In this document: positions 50,201-59,855 of the stretch, in pieces
Layout of the letters: each line of letters starts with the position of its first letter
Numbering within the stretch: the first letter of the stretch is position 1
Source of the DNA: a virus
Lineage: Duplodnaviria > Caudoviricetes
Strand: one strand, 5' to 3'
IMG/VR virus record: IMGVR_UViG_3300032243_000867
Coordinates: 192,001-256,000 of that record
Length of the DNA stretch: 64,000 nt
Position numbers and translations under genes: made by a program
The notes under the pieces: model-generated
What the model was told of the DNA's origin: nothing
The model's input: the letters and a program-made list of their open reading frames with translations, nothing else
Databases searched by the model: none

Positions 50201-53200
50201 TTCGGCCCCCACACCGAAGGTGCCCGTGGTGAAGGGCGCATAGTTACGCTGGAGGAACGTGAAAGGGACGCCCCCGTTGACGTTCGCAGCGCGGTTGACC
50301 GTGTTGTAGATGTCGGCGGTGCCTACGGGGACGGTCGTTTCGTAGGTGGACAGGGCGCGCACCACTTCGAGGCGGCACTCGACGGACTCCGCCGCCGGGT
50401 TCACCGCCCCGCGCTCGCGGGCGCTGCGGGTGTCCACGGGGCCGGATACGGTCAGCCGGTCACCCTCGATAACGTAGGCGGCGGACTTCACCGCTACGAG
50501 GTCGATGGTGAAGTCCAGCGGGTCAAGATCGGTCACGCCTCCGTAGGCGGCGAAGTCGAACACCGGGACGGCGGTTTCGACGGTGAGCTTCGTGGTGTTG
50601 AAGAAGCACGGGCCTACGCTTGGAACGAACGACCCGCCGTTGTCGCCCGATACGTCGAACACGCACGCCGTGATAACGGGGTTCGGGGCGTTCAATCGCA
50701 TGATGAACGTCGCGGCGGGAGCGAACGTGCCCGAAGCCTTCATCACGTTGATGCGAATTTCCGAAGGCTGGTCGGACGAGGTGAAGAAGGTGTTGAACCC
50801 GCCCGTGGGGGGGACGGCCCCGCCGCCGCCGTTGTTGTCGTCGAACACGAGGTTCGGCACGCCGATGAGCTCGAACGTCGTGCGGTAGTTCGGCCCGAAG
50901 GGGGCCTGCTTCACCCGGATGCCCGTGGTATGGGGAGCGGGAAAGGGCGGGTCGGCTTCGATGAACGTCTGGATCGCCGTGACGTTCAGGTCGATCAGGC
51001 TGTTCTTGTCGGTGCGAGAGATGAACCGTGGGGGTTCGATGACCTTCGCCCCGTAGTCCACCGCCCCCACGGTGAGGATGCCCTGCGACCCGTTGGGGAG
51101 ACCGCCCGTGCCTTGTTGGACGAACACGAGGTCGTAGGGGTTCACCGTGCCCACGCCCGAGTGCGCGGCGAACGGGGGGTCAAGGGTGACCGAAGCCCGA
51201 AGGGCGGCGGGTGCGGTAGGGAGGCTGTTGACCGCCCCGGCGTTGTCGAGGATCTCGTCCGGGTACGCGGCTTCCAGCGCGTACGGCGGGTACCCCGGGG
51301 CGGGCGGGTTCGCGGGCGGCGTCACCGTATCTACGGTGTAGAAGTCCACGCCCGCCGTGAAGGCGTCCCCAAGAACGGCGAGCTCCGTGGGGGCGATCTG
51401 GTAGTAGGGCAGGGAGTAATCCCCCGAGTCGAGACGGGATGCACCCCGTAGGGCCGGGATGTTTGACGGGCTCACGTCTCCGTTCTGGAACGTCACCCGA
51501 GCTTGAAGGTTGCGAAGCGGGGCGGGGGGCTTCTGGCCGAAGATTTCCTTCAGCCCGAAGAGGTTGGGGTCGCTGAACGACGGCAGGGTGATGTCTACTA
51601 GCTCGCCCGAGCGCCCGTCCAACCCCACGTCCGTTCCCGTGCGGTAGGCGGGAAGGGACTGCGAGAAGGCCGCGAGTTCGGCGTTCGTCGGCGGGTCGGA
51701 CACGGCGGGGAGCACCGCGCCCGTGGTAGGAACCACGAACAGGGTGTCCCCCTTCTCGACCAGCGCAGCGGTGAGGGGCACGCCGTTCGCCGGGGCCGTG
51801 AGGCGCACGAGATTGCCCACGTTCGCCGCGGTGATCAGGACCGTTGCCCCCGCCGCGTCGTAGGTCTTCAGCGTGACGTAGCACCCTTGGAGGACCGTAT
51901 CGACGAACACCCCCGCATACACGGGTTGCCCGCCCACGGTGATTGTCGTGCCCGCGTAGCCCAGCCCGTAAACCGCCCCGTCGGGGGTTCCCAGTGATAG
52001 TTGGTCGCCGGGGGCGAAGGGCGGCGTGTGAAGGCTGGGGTCGCCCGTAGACAGGTCGTACAGGCCCGAGGTGCCCGTGCCGTTGGAGTACAGCAGGGCC
52101 GTGTCGGGCGTGCCGTTGGACTTCAGCGGGAACTGATCGAGGGGGAGCACCGTCGCCGCGAAGGCGGGTCGAATGACCGGGGGGACGGCGCTGAGGTAGC
52201 CCGAGGGCGAGAACGAGAAGATGCGGGCGCGGGCGAGACGATCTTGCACCGTGGCCCCGAGCACCGACGTGAGGTTGCCCCGCACGGGGTTGCTCAACCG
52301 CGCGATGGCTTTCCCGTTGGTGGACTGAAGGTCGATGACGGGCGGCGACGCGAACAGGTCTAGAAGCAGCTTCCCGTAGCTGTACACCCCGTTGTTGCCC
52401 GTGGTCGGGTCGTACCCGATGCCGGGGTCGGTGGTAGTAAACGCTTCCGTGCGTTCGGGGTACAGCCGCGAGAAGGCCGAAGGCTGGGACAGCCCCCGGT
52501 ACACGCCGTAGGAGGACACCTTGAAGTGGATGAGCCCCGTGAGGGATACCGTGGTGCCGGTGAGGCCGTTGAGCACAACGTCGTCAACGTCGTTCTTGAT
52601 GGCGCGGTATTGGGCGTTTTGAAGCGTTCCGAGGGCGTTCGCGGAGAGGGCCAGACCCTCGACCGCCCCGCCCGTGAGCGTCGCGCTGTACGGGTTGACG
52701 ATGGGGTCGGTGGCGAGAAGCGCGACGGGCACCGTGCGGTAGCCGTTCCAGACTTCGTTCCACACGTTGCGGGCGTTGACCGCCCCAGTGATGCCGTCCT
52801 CGTATCCCGGCGGCGTCCACGGGTCGCCCACCCCCATCCACATACGGAGCTTGCCGTCGCGGTCACCCACGGGGTTGCCCGCGATGTTCTCCAACACCTG
52901 CTCGAACGAGGTGATCACCCCGTTGAAGTAGCGGAGGAACGTACGGGTCACCCGGTCACGGGACACGAGGTCTTGCCGCTCGGATGTCAGCCCCGCCGTG
53001 CCTTGCGTGGACGGGGAGTTCTTGGGGAATCCCCCCACCGAGGGGTTCGTGCCCGAGGCGTTGCGGGTGACCCCCTGCACGATGCTCCGCGCCGTCTCCG
53101 TGATGTACGCGGGGAGAGGTAGCGACCGTGCATAGAAGCTATCGGGCGAATCGAACGTGTAGGTGGCGGTGAGGGTCGCACCCAGCCTCCCGTTGCTATC

Positions 53201-56200
53201 GCTGGGCGGGTCGATGTAGCCCGCCGATGCGCTCACCCGTGGGTACTGCACTTTGCCCTGAAACACGAACGGGGCGAGAGTGCCTTGCACGGTGCGGTAG
53301 AACTGCAACGAGGACAGGGCCGGGAGGCCCCGCGTGCGCGGTTCCAGCAGGGTGAGCGTGCCCGCCGAAGGGTCCAGTTGGTAGTCTCGCCCTTCCGTAA
53401 GCGTCGCGCCGGGGACGGTGCCTTCGTACAGGACCACCTCGTAGGGCTCGGTGCCAACGAACGCGCCCGCGCCGATGAACACCGTTGCGCCTTCCGAGTA
53501 CACCGGGCGCACGGAGATGCGGACGTAGTTCGGGCTCATTCCCGAGGTCCAGGTCATCTGGATGGGGGACGGCGACCCGAGGGTGATGTCGGTGAACGCC
53601 CCGTCTACGAACTCTCCCTTGGCGATGAGGAAGGGCACCCCGAAGAGTTCGAGGACGTGACCCGTCACCGCGTACCGGGTGAGATCCCCCTCGAAGCGCA
53701 CGACGTTCTGGCCCTTGGTGAGGGGCTGGAAGGCCGGGACGCTAGCCAACCCGTAGGCCGCGGTGAGCAGGGGCAGGAACCCCGCGTCGGCACCCGTCGC
53801 GACGGGCGACCCCACGGGGTCCACCGTGGGTGTGATGGCCCGGTCGGTGAGGAGGTTGATGGGCGGTTCGCTAGGGGAGAGCGTGCCCACGCTCTTCGTC
53901 GGCGTCGGGTACACCGTGACGGTGGTGATGTCCGCGGGAAGGCCGCTGTAGACGGACGCCTTGATGTAGGTGAGGTAGTTGCTGATACGAAGAATGCGCC
54001 CCGGCACCATGTCCGCAGTGCGGTCGCCGTCGAGATTGAACGTCGAGACGTTGGCTTCAAGGCGGAACGGCGGACGCCACACGGGGCCTTGAGACACCGT
54101 GTAGGAGGTTTCGCCGCCCGAGGCTTCGTACACCCCGTAGGTGATCAGCACCTTCGTCGCGGGGTCGTTGACGGCTTTCACCAATGAGATGGTGTTGTTC
54201 GACGGGGTGACCGTGCAGCCCTTGGGGAACCCGTACGTCACCAACGTCGCCCCCACGTACACCGAGGGCTCTACGTCTGTGTCGATGGTGCGCCCCACCG
54301 CGTTGAACGAGTAAAGCTGCGAGCTGACGCGCGCCGCGGCTTCGCGACGGACGATCACGGGCAGGAACTCCGTCACCTGCACGGGTTTCCCGTCACTGTC
54401 TAGGTACAGCGCGCCCGAGTCGGGCACGGCGCGGTAGTAGGTGACCTCGACCAGTTGCCCGGTCTGTACCGGGCGCTCGAAGGAGAACGCCCCGAGGATC
54501 GGGTTCAAGAACACCGTCTCGAAGGTCTGGAGGTCAACGAGGTAGATGCGGTCGGTTCTGAGGGACAGCCCCGCAACGCTCACCGCACCCGTAAACGGGC
54601 TGATCTCAGCTTCACCCGCCGGGACGTTCGCAGACGGCAGTACCTCTTCGCGGTACGTCACCGTGGCCGATTGATAGTTGGCCTTCACCGTCGCGCCGAA
54701 GCGGAGCTCCCCGTCCGTCGTGCGGTACTGCACTACGTTCGCGGGGATGGGGGCGAGGAAGTTCGGCACGGGCAAGAGGTCCACGCCGTGGGCGAACACC
54801 TTGGTGCCCACGACAACGCTGAACGACCCGGTGGTGAAACGATCCCCCGCCGCGGGAACGTTCAGCGCCCCGTCTGCGACGGACCCGAGAACGGAACTGG
54901 TGAGAATGGTCGCCGGGAAGTTCGCGCCTGTGAGCCCGTACCGCACGGCGAGGGAGCGACCCGAGTTCGCCGTGGGGAGGTCAACGGGCGACGGGGCGGC
55001 GGGGGCCGTGCCCAGAAGGGTCAGCAACCGCACTTCGTACGGTTCGCTGGAGAGGTGGTTGAAGTCCCGGTAGACGGCATCGCCCAGCACGGCGGGGTTG
55101 ATCGTTCCCGGCGCGACCCCGTCATAGAGCTCCCACGCGACGTTGCCCGTGCTGGCGGCGATGAAGTCCGGGGTGACGGTGATGGTGGGGGCGGTAGAAG
55201 CCGTGACCGTGTACGAGCCCGCGTTCGCGCCCGAGGTCACCTTCAAGCGGTCGCCCGCGCTGGCCGTGATGGTGAGGGACGTATCGGTGAGAGTGTTGGG
55301 AAGGGTGATCGCCCCACGGTAGCCCGATTGCTTCAGTTCACCGATGCGGGTGACCAGCACCGCCTCGCCCGAGCCCGAAGGCACCAAGAAGTCCGTCCCG
55401 AGGGTGAGCGTCTGCGCCGCCCCGCCCGTCGCGGACACCTTGAGGTATCCCCCCATCGCCGGGTAGAAAGTGGACGGAACCACCCCCGCGTTGCCGAGGT
55501 TGATGGATGAGACGGGCGATAGAACCTGCCCCGCGAACGAGAAGGTGGACAGCCATCCGAAGCGTGACTGGTCGAACTGGTAAACGGCGTCCTTCCAAGG
55601 TTTGACGGTGGTGCTGAGACGCAGCGTGTTCGGGGATGCAACGCCCGACAGGGAGAAGAACTCCCCCACGTCGTAGCCCGCGATGTCCTCGCGCGGCGGG
55701 TAGCTCAGGAGCTGGTACGGGATGGTTTGAAGGTCTTCCGATAGGGCCGCGTCCGTCACCCGATAGGTAGCCCGCACGTCGGGGGCGCTTTGCGACCCGT
55801 CGAGATTGTTCGGGCTGCGGGACAGCCCGAAGGCGAGGCCCGTATCGGGGAGCCAGTTCGGGTCCGTGGCGGTGTGCGTTCCCGCGCTGGGGTTGGAGAC
55901 GCGCCACCCGGGCGGGTACCCCATCGCGCGGCACCCGTCCTCGTTGAAGCCCACGGCCACGGTGCCCGTGGGGTTGTTCGATGCGATGTACAGGTAGCCC
56001 GAGAGAACGCCCGCCGTGCCCGCCCCAGCCATGATGGCATTGAGGGCGACGGCCACCGTCGCGGCGGGTACGTTCGTTCCCGCCGCGGGTGAGTAGTTGA
56101 AAGCGGTGCCGTCCACCGAGAAGGTGAACGTCTCGGTGCCCGCGAAGGTGAACGTGTCGCGGGTGCGCGAAAACACCCTTGCACCGTCGGGGTACGAGGC

Positions 56201-57961
56201 CGGGGTGAGGAGGGCCTGGACGAAGTACAGGGTTTTGCCGCTGATGGCTTGAGCAAGGGCGTAGCCCACCCGTACGATCCCCGTGTTGAGGGCGACGTAA
56301 GCCGTGTCGAGCGGGAGGGAGAAGATGTCCGTGGGAAGGTCGGCGTCGTAGTTGACTGTGACGATCTTGGCGATGCGCCCCGCACGGGTAAACAGGTAGG
56401 CGTCACCGAAGCCGGGGGAAAGCCTCTCCACCAGCCCCGACGACAAGGGTCGGGGTTGTACGGGCAACGTGGGGTTGGGGGCGTTGCCTGTACCGTCGGG
56501 CACCCGGACGATTCCCGAGATGCCCGTGCCGGGGAGCCCCGCGGCGGCGGGGATCACATAGTCCGATCCCCAAGAGGTGAGGGTGACGGGGGCCTGTACG
56601 GGCTGCGGGTAGAGGTTGAGGGCTACGCCGTCGTACCGAAGGCTCGCGTCGAGGTACAGCGGGTCGAAGGCGGGGGCGGCGGGGTTGGCCTTCGCCACGT
56701 CCGTTGGGTCCAGCTTCACCCGCCCCGTGGAAAGTGACACGCCCGCTTCGCCCGGATTGACGGCGAGGCCCGCGAGGGCGGTTTCGTTGGCGACGGTGAT
56801 GACGGTGAGGGGTGCGCGATTGCCGATGCGAAGAATCGGTCGGTCCGTCGGGCCGGGGACGGGAGAGATGTAGTGCGGACCGCCCAGCAAGGGGCCGACC
56901 ACGCCGTCGTTCATGGCCGCGAAGTCGCGGGGTGAGTACCAGAGGGCCTCGCCCTCGTGCGCGGCGATGAACGCCGGGTTCCACGCGATCTCTCCCGAGT
57001 CGCTACCGATCACGCCCGCGAGGGCCGGGGACACGGAGCCGAAGTCATAGCTGGCGTTCGCCACGTCGTCGGCTACCACCAGCACGCCGCTGTACGAAAC
57101 CCCCGTCACCACGGGGTAAGAAGCCTCGTCGGGCGAGTTTCCGAGGCGCAGCATCGCGTACTGCCCTGTGGTGGCCGTGCCCGGAAGGTAGCTGCCGAGG
57201 GGTGCGGTGGGGACGGGCGACAGGGTGTACCGGGAGCCTGCCGAGGACAGGAGCTTGCCGAGGTTCTTGGTTGCCCCGCCCTTGAAGGGCTCCCATTTGC
57301 GGTGCGCGGCGTTCCAGCCGAAGCGGGCCGCACCGGGATCATTCCGCGTCCAGTTGAACGTCGCGGGGCCTACCGTGTAGGTGACTGAGGTGAAGGTGTC
57401 ACCGCGCGAGGCGCTCACGGCGACGGGCGCAGAAGCCGGGACGTTTACCGCCGCGCGCACGGTGGCGGTGTCGTTCAGTTTGACCGTGCCCGACACCGGG
57501 TCGAGGGTGAAGTCTGGAGACGTAAACGTGACCTTGGTGGAGGTCCCGCCCCGCACATAGACCATGCTGGCGACCGAGGCGACGTTCGCTCCACCGTCGT
57601 CGGTGACTACCACCCGCTGCGTGCCGTCCGTGAGAACGCCCGACGTGGGCACGGTCGGGTCGTTGACCGTGAGCGTGCCCGTGGGGATTGCCACCGTGCC
57701 GTCCGTGGACGTTGTGCCGGGGGCGACGGTCAGCGGTCCCGAGGTGTTCGCCCACAGCAGGTACTCAACGGTCTGCCCGCTTTCACTCAGCGTCGCGCGG
57801 TACCGCGCGCCGTTGATGTCCGTGACCGTGGCCGTGGGGTACGCAGGGGTGGGGGAGGTGAACACCGCACGGGACACGCCCGAGGAGACCTCGCCCGTCG
57901 TGTCCGCGTTGCTGGTCGAGGCCCGAGCGCCCGGAAGTACCTGACCGTCGAAGTTGCCCAT
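47279..57961 (-). CDS. Giant virion structural protein, 3560 aa
   Basis: Uninterrupted 10.7-kb ORF with native codon bias; Thr/Gly/Pro/Val beta-rich; CTATCG box upstream. Confidence 0.8.
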   Translation of the reverse strand: MGNFDGQVLPGARASTSNADTTGEVSSGVSRAVFTSPTPAYPTATVTDINGARYRATLSESGQTVEYLLWANTSGPLTVAPGTTSTDGTVAIPTGTLTVNDPTVPTSGVLTDGTQRVVVTDDGGANVASVASMVYVRGGTSTKVTFTSPDFTLDPVSGTVKLNDTATVRAAVNVPASAPVAVSASRGDTFTSVTYTVGPATFNWTRNDPGAARFGWNAAHRKWEPFKGGATKNLGKLLSSAGSRYTLSPVPTAPLGSYLPGTATTGQYAMLRLGNSPDEASYPVVTGVSYSGVLVVADDVANASYDFGSVSPALAGVIGSDSGEIAWNPAFIAAHEGEALWYSPRDFAAMNDGVVGPLLGGPHYISPVPGPTDRPILRIGNRAPLTVITVANETALAGLAVNPGEAGVSLSTGRVKLDPTDVAKANPAAPAFDPLYLDASLRYDGVALNLYPQPVQAPVTLTSWGSDYVIPAAAGLPGTGISGIVRVPDGTGNAPNPTLPVQPRPLSSGLVERLSPGFGDAYLFTRAGRIAKIVTVNYDADLPTDIFSLPLDTAYVALNTGIVRVGYALAQAISGKTLYFVQALLTPASYPDGARVFSRTRDTFTFAGTETFTFSVDGTAFNYSPAAGTNVPAATVAVALNAIMAGAGTAGVLSGYLYIASNNPTGTVAVGFNEDGCRAMGYPPGWRVSNPSAGTHTATDPNWLPDTGLAFGLSRSPNNLDGSQSAPDVRATYRVTDAALSEDLQTIPYQLLSYPPREDIAGYDVGEFFSLSGVASPNTLRLSTTVKPWKDAVYQFDQSRFGWLSTFSFAGQVLSPVSSINLGNAGVVPSTFYPAMGGYLKVSATGGAAQTLTLGTDFLVPSGSGEAVLVTRIGELKQSGYRGAITLPNTLTDTSLTITASAGDRLKVTSGANAGSYTVTASTAPTITVTPDFIAASTGNVAWELYDGVAPGTINPAVLGDAVYRDFNHLSSEPYEVRLLTLLGTAPAAPSPVDLPTANSGRSLAVRYGLTGANFPATILTSSVLGSVADGALNVPAAGDRFTTGSFSVVVGTKVFAHGVDLLPVPNFLAPIPANVVQYRTTDGELRFGATVKANYQSATVTYREEVLPSANVPAGEAEISPFTGAVSVAGLSLRTDRIYLVDLQTFETVFLNPILGAFSFERPVQTGQLVEVTYYRAVPDSGALYLDSDGKPVQVTEFLPVIVRREAAARVSSQLYSFNAVGRTIDTDVEPSVYVGATLVTYGFPKGCTVTPSNNTISLVKAVNDPATKVLITYGVYEASGGETSYTVSQGPVWRPPFRLEANVSTFNLDGDRTADMVPGRILRISNYLTYIKASVYSGLPADITTVTVYPTPTKSVGTLSPSEPPINLLTDRAITPTVDPVGSPVATGADAGFLPLLTAAYGLASVPAFQPLTKGQNVVRFEGDLTRYAVTGHVLELFGVPFLIAKGEFVDGAFTDITLGSPSPIQMTWTSGMSPNYVRISVRPVYSEGATVFIGAGAFVGTEPYEVVLYEGTVPGATLTEGRDYQLDPSAGTLTLLEPRTRGLPALSSLQFYRTVQGTLAPFVFQGKVQYPRVSASAGYIDPPSDSNGRLGATLTATYTFDSPDSFYARSLPLPAYITETARSIVQGVTRNASGTNPSVGGFPKNSPSTQGTAGLTSERQDLVSRDRVTRTFLRYFNGVITSFEQVLENIAGNPVGDRDGKLRMWMGVGDPWTPPGYEDGITGAVNARNVWNEVWNGYRTVPVALLATDPIVNPYSATLTGGAVEGLALSANALGTLQNAQYRAIKNDVDDVVLNGLTGTTVSLTGLIHFKVSSYGVYRGLSQPSAFSRLYPERTEAFTTTDPGIGYDPTTGNNGVYSYGKLLLDLFASPPVIDLQSTNGKAIARLSNPVRGNLTSVLGATVQDRLARARIFSFSPSGYLSAVPPVIRPAFAATVLPLDQFPLKSNGTPDTALLYSNGTGTSGLYDLSTGDPSLHTPPFAPGDQLSLGTPDGAVYGLGYAGTTITVGGQPVYAGVFVDTVLQGCYVTLKTYDAAGATVLITAANVGNLVRLTAPANGVPLTAALVEKGDTLFVVPTTGAVLPAVSDPPTNAELAAFSQSLPAYRTGTDVGLDGRSGELVDITLPSFSDPNLFGLKEIFGQKPPAPLRNLQARVTFQNGDVSPSNIPALRGASRLDSGDYSLPYYQIAPTELAVLGDAFTAGVDFYTVDTVTPPANPPAPGYPPYALEAAYPDEILDNAGAVNSLPTAPAALRASVTLDPPFAAHSGVGTVNPYDLVFVQQGTGGLPNGSQGILTVGAVDYGAKVIEPPRFISRTDKNSLIDLNVTAIQTFIEADPPFPAPHTTGIRVKQAPFGPNYRTTFELIGVPNLVFDDNNGGGGAVPPTGGFNTFFTSSDQPSEIRINVMKASGTFAPAATFIMRLNAPNPVITACVFDVSGDNGGSFVPSVGPCFFNTTKLTVETAVPVFDFAAYGGVTDLDPLDFTIDLVAVKSAAYVIEGDRLTVSGPVDTRSARERGAVNPAAESVECRLEVVRALSTYETTVPVGTADIYNTVNRAANVNGGVPFTFLQRNYAPFTTGTFGVGAETGTGVFALKTMPFEGHGNIAIPGTNITFSAAPSSRQNTTNAILTADVYTDRIDGTPVAHTFSWGDNRFIPSATLTGATASVLPGDIVTLRSNSEDPAYTKAAQNGKVGTHLVRGVIASGGGLERRDVTYTVPDGAGDYSSGWLPVAFPTVVTATATNLIVSEIPSLPPSKNWAGTATAQTHTFPPAGRVFVIVNEAGLNSPVPATFASSIVSADYTGFNPVTMDFTGLNNYQDGQGLAISGAAFATAAQAGLKVSGFTMIPLNPHGDGIPENLPGYCNGGDGASPNSAYGLRTLQATRGANTLNWTASTLGFLSYVPPATSKVDVYEKIKLTSETFLPLSAPVYDEIPGVMDITSIYTAGTDWDRLHTPTGVYPPPFAIDGARCFLPGDAWTVDYSGAAGIYVEPSFPRTGNTLADPIYRNVVDAGNTSTTSRVGVRRLTTYMTSVPVAGNSYLEVGQIEVRRPRRFHDLGNSFAEALLSLRYSYEIRRGIVSTVTASGGYGVLTADAVDGAVPPVATVGGTATQLGDFTSKLVNVNPGDEVRFINASGVIAARAEVVKVTGARTLTLSRKVTVAPGARFEVYLKVPPVPHEQSNEELLGYATDRVLINRPANLVAQTGGRAPATNKIGDTDTTVNYTAAGVAEGDIVVIDPAGTLTTPAGSTTPPQYGRRPYGDNAVTGRANYAAGSPARADDNRGYYRVVSRTATQLTVEAIGGLAGNNGGDVTFGSGTNAYTVYPTVHASGLTGGTEGQMDLRETAPPVGNSYTTTFKSVEPFAYRVIRPTSLLSSKTVELILSMRERMLSWMEEIRAVRFKYGTYFLFQRDQHITDLGLTTDPESGLGLLTNPYLLGLIGNWTVSPFSNVRDCLSILDRRFWCLDYRLDTVGPRYAALPVTPYADLSNGVGRPVLVDRVNEALDGRDKLRATRYAWLDLRVNRVTGSLESIRRFDIERPKREAEAERALLTVQSVEKLP

Positions 57962-57988
57962 CGCGATACCTTACGCGGGGCGATAGGT

Positions 57989-58567
57989 TTACACGGGAAC
58001 CGAGGTGGACACTCCCACAGATGAACTGGGTCCCAACGGGCCGGTGGGGGCGACGGCACCGATGCCCGTGCCCGTGATCACCACGGTGGCGATGCCCGCT
58101 GCGAGGGCATCGTAGAAAGCCGGAACGGTCGATCCCGTCCCGCCCTGCACGGCACAAGCGGCACTGTGCGCCGTGCGAAGGGCTATGGACAGGGCGGGGA
58201 TGTTGGCGCTCACCACCCGAGACACGTCCGTGCCCGTTCCTACGCCTACGCTCACCCCCGCGTAGGGGAGGCCCGCTAGGCCCGCCGTAAGGCCCGCTGC
58301 GAGGGTGGCGGCGAGGGCGGGAACGTTCGGCCCGTGCAGTGCTCCCATAGCCCCCAGCACCAGCGGGGGCGTCCCGGCGAAGGCAAGGGTGCCCGTGACG
58401 GTGCCCGCTCCTACCACACCCGTGGTGACACCCGTGAGGGTCACCCCCGCGGGCAACCACGTCACCGTGGCATTGGCGATGGCTTGGCAAAGGAGGTCGA
58501 AGGTGGGACCGCCGGGGAAGGGCGCGGAGGTGCGGAGGGCGGCGGCGAGAACGGCGGGGGGGATCAT
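57989..58567 (-). CDS. Gly/Ala/Thr-rich virion-associated protein
   Basis: Immediately upstream of the giant ORF; internally repeated A.A.A...V......TG.G pattern. Confidence 0.6.
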   Translation of the reverse strand: MIPPAVLAAALRTSAPFPGGPTFDLLCQAIANATVTWLPAGVTLTGVTTGVVGAGTVTGTLAFAGTPPLVLGAMGALHGPNVPALAATLAAGLTAGLAGLPYAGVSVGVGTGTDVSRVVSANIPALSIALRTAHSAACAVQGGTGSTVPAFYDALAAGIATVVITGTGIGAVAPTGPLGPSSSVGVSTSVPV

Positions 58568-58568
58568 C

Positions 58569-59306
58569 TCAACGAACGATACGCCATTGGGCCATACCGT
58601 CGCGGGCCAGAATGCCCTTCGCGATGAGGTTCCGGGTGATCTCGCTGACGGCGGAGCGCACGCTTTCGCCCGTGAGGTTCGCGTTCACCGTGTGGTACCA
58701 TTCGGAGATTTCGGGCCGGTTGACCACGCTCTTGGTCGAGAACCGATCCAGAAACGCGCGTTCACGAGGCGCGAGGCGGTAGTGGCTGTACCGTTTGTTG
58801 TTAGGCAGAACCGTAGGGGCGGCGGGTTCGGCCACGGGAGCCGTGGGTTCGGCCACGGGAGCCGTGGGTTCGTTGAACTGCCAGCGGTCGGGGCCGATGG
58901 CCTTGAGGACGCCTTCGCTCACGAGGGACTTCGTGATTTCGAGCGACATGGTCATCATGGAGTTCCGCGCGATCCCCGGCGACATGGCACGCTTGTACCA
59001 CTCGTTGATCTCTTCGCGGGTCACGGTGCCCTTCGGGGCGAACTGGTCGATCACCCGGCACCAACGGGGCTGGAGGTTCAGGTGCGCCCAGCGCCGAGAA
59101 GGAATGGCATCCGACCCGTACCCCGCAGCGGTTACGGGGAGGGTCAGAGACGCGGCTACCTGTGCGATCTTCGTCAGCGGTTCGAGCTCCTCGCGGTAGC
59201 TGGCGAGGATGGCTTCGGCCTCCGCGATGTCGGTTTTCAGTTGCGCGATGCGGCGGGTGACGACTTCGTTGATTGCGGTAAGGGCGCTAGGTGTGGTGCT
59301 GTTCAC
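58569..59306 (-). CDS. Coiled-coil + tandem winged-helix-like protein (paralogue 1)
   Basis: AINEVVTRRIAQLKTDIAEAE; two R.EI.EWY..S..EIT..L...G.L repeats; EPTAPVA x2 linker. Confidence 0.65.
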   Translation of the reverse strand: MNSTTPSALTAINEVVTRRIAQLKTDIAEAEAILASYREELEPLTKIAQVAASLTLPVTAAGYGSDAIPSRRWAHLNLQPRWCRVIDQFAPKGTVTREEINEWYKRAMSPGIARNSMMTMSLEITKSLVSEGVLKAIGPDRWQFNEPTAPVAEPTAPVAEPAAPTVLPNNKRYSHYRLAPRERAFLDRFSTKSVVNRPEISEWYHTVNANLTGESVRSAVSEITRNLIAKGILARDGMAQWRIVR

Positions 59307-59800
59307 TGGAATCCTCGATTCTTGGGGTTAGGTTCAAGGCACTTGGCCTGATTGCATTACGCCCTACGGGACGATCTTCCACGACCCCTCGTCGTGGGGG
59401 ATGATGAACCCTTTGGCGGTGAGGTGCCGAGTCATATTGCAGATTTCAACCCCGAGGGAACGGGGGAGAATCTTGGGGTTCACCGCACGCCGATACCACC
59501 CGGCAATGTCCTCGCGGGTGAAAGGCTTGGACCACTTGGCGAAGTGATTGACCGCTCTCTGGTAACGGGGCGGAAGGCGGTAGGGGTTGTACCGATTGCG
59601 TCTGGGCGGGACGGGCTCCGTGACTGGGGCGGGAATCGCCGCCGCCGCAGGGGCACCCGCACCCGTCACCTGTGTGACTTTGAGCAACAAAGCAATCTCC
59701 TCGCGGTAGCGGGCGAGGGTGGCTTCGGCCTCCGCGATGTCGGTTTTCAGTTGCTCGACGCGGCGGGTGACGACTTCGTTGATTGCGGTAAAGGCGCTGG
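59191..59800. repeat. About 100-bp near-identical direct repeat (59191-59290 and 59701-59800)
   Basis: Shared GGCTTCGGCCTCCGCGATGTCGGTTTTCAGTTGC and GCGGCGGGTGACGACTTCGTTGATTGCGGTAA. Confidence 0.9.
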
Positions 59801-59804
59801 ACAT
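59364..59804 (-). CDS. Coiled-coil + winged-helix-like protein (paralogue 2)
   Basis: AINEVVTRRVEQLKTDIAEAE; TREDIAGWY..MTRHLTAKGFI. Confidence 0.65.
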   Translation of the reverse strand: MSSAFTAINEVVTRRVEQLKTDIAEAEATLARYREEIALLLKVTQVTGAGAPAAAAIPAPVTEPVPPRRNRYNPYRLPPRYQRAVNHFAKWSKPFTREDIAGWYRRAVNPKILPRSLGVEICNMTRHLTAKGFIIPHDEGSWKIVP

Positions 59805-59855
59805 GGTGTTGTTTTTCTTTACAACAGAGGCGTGAATCCTGAATGCTTTTCGCAC

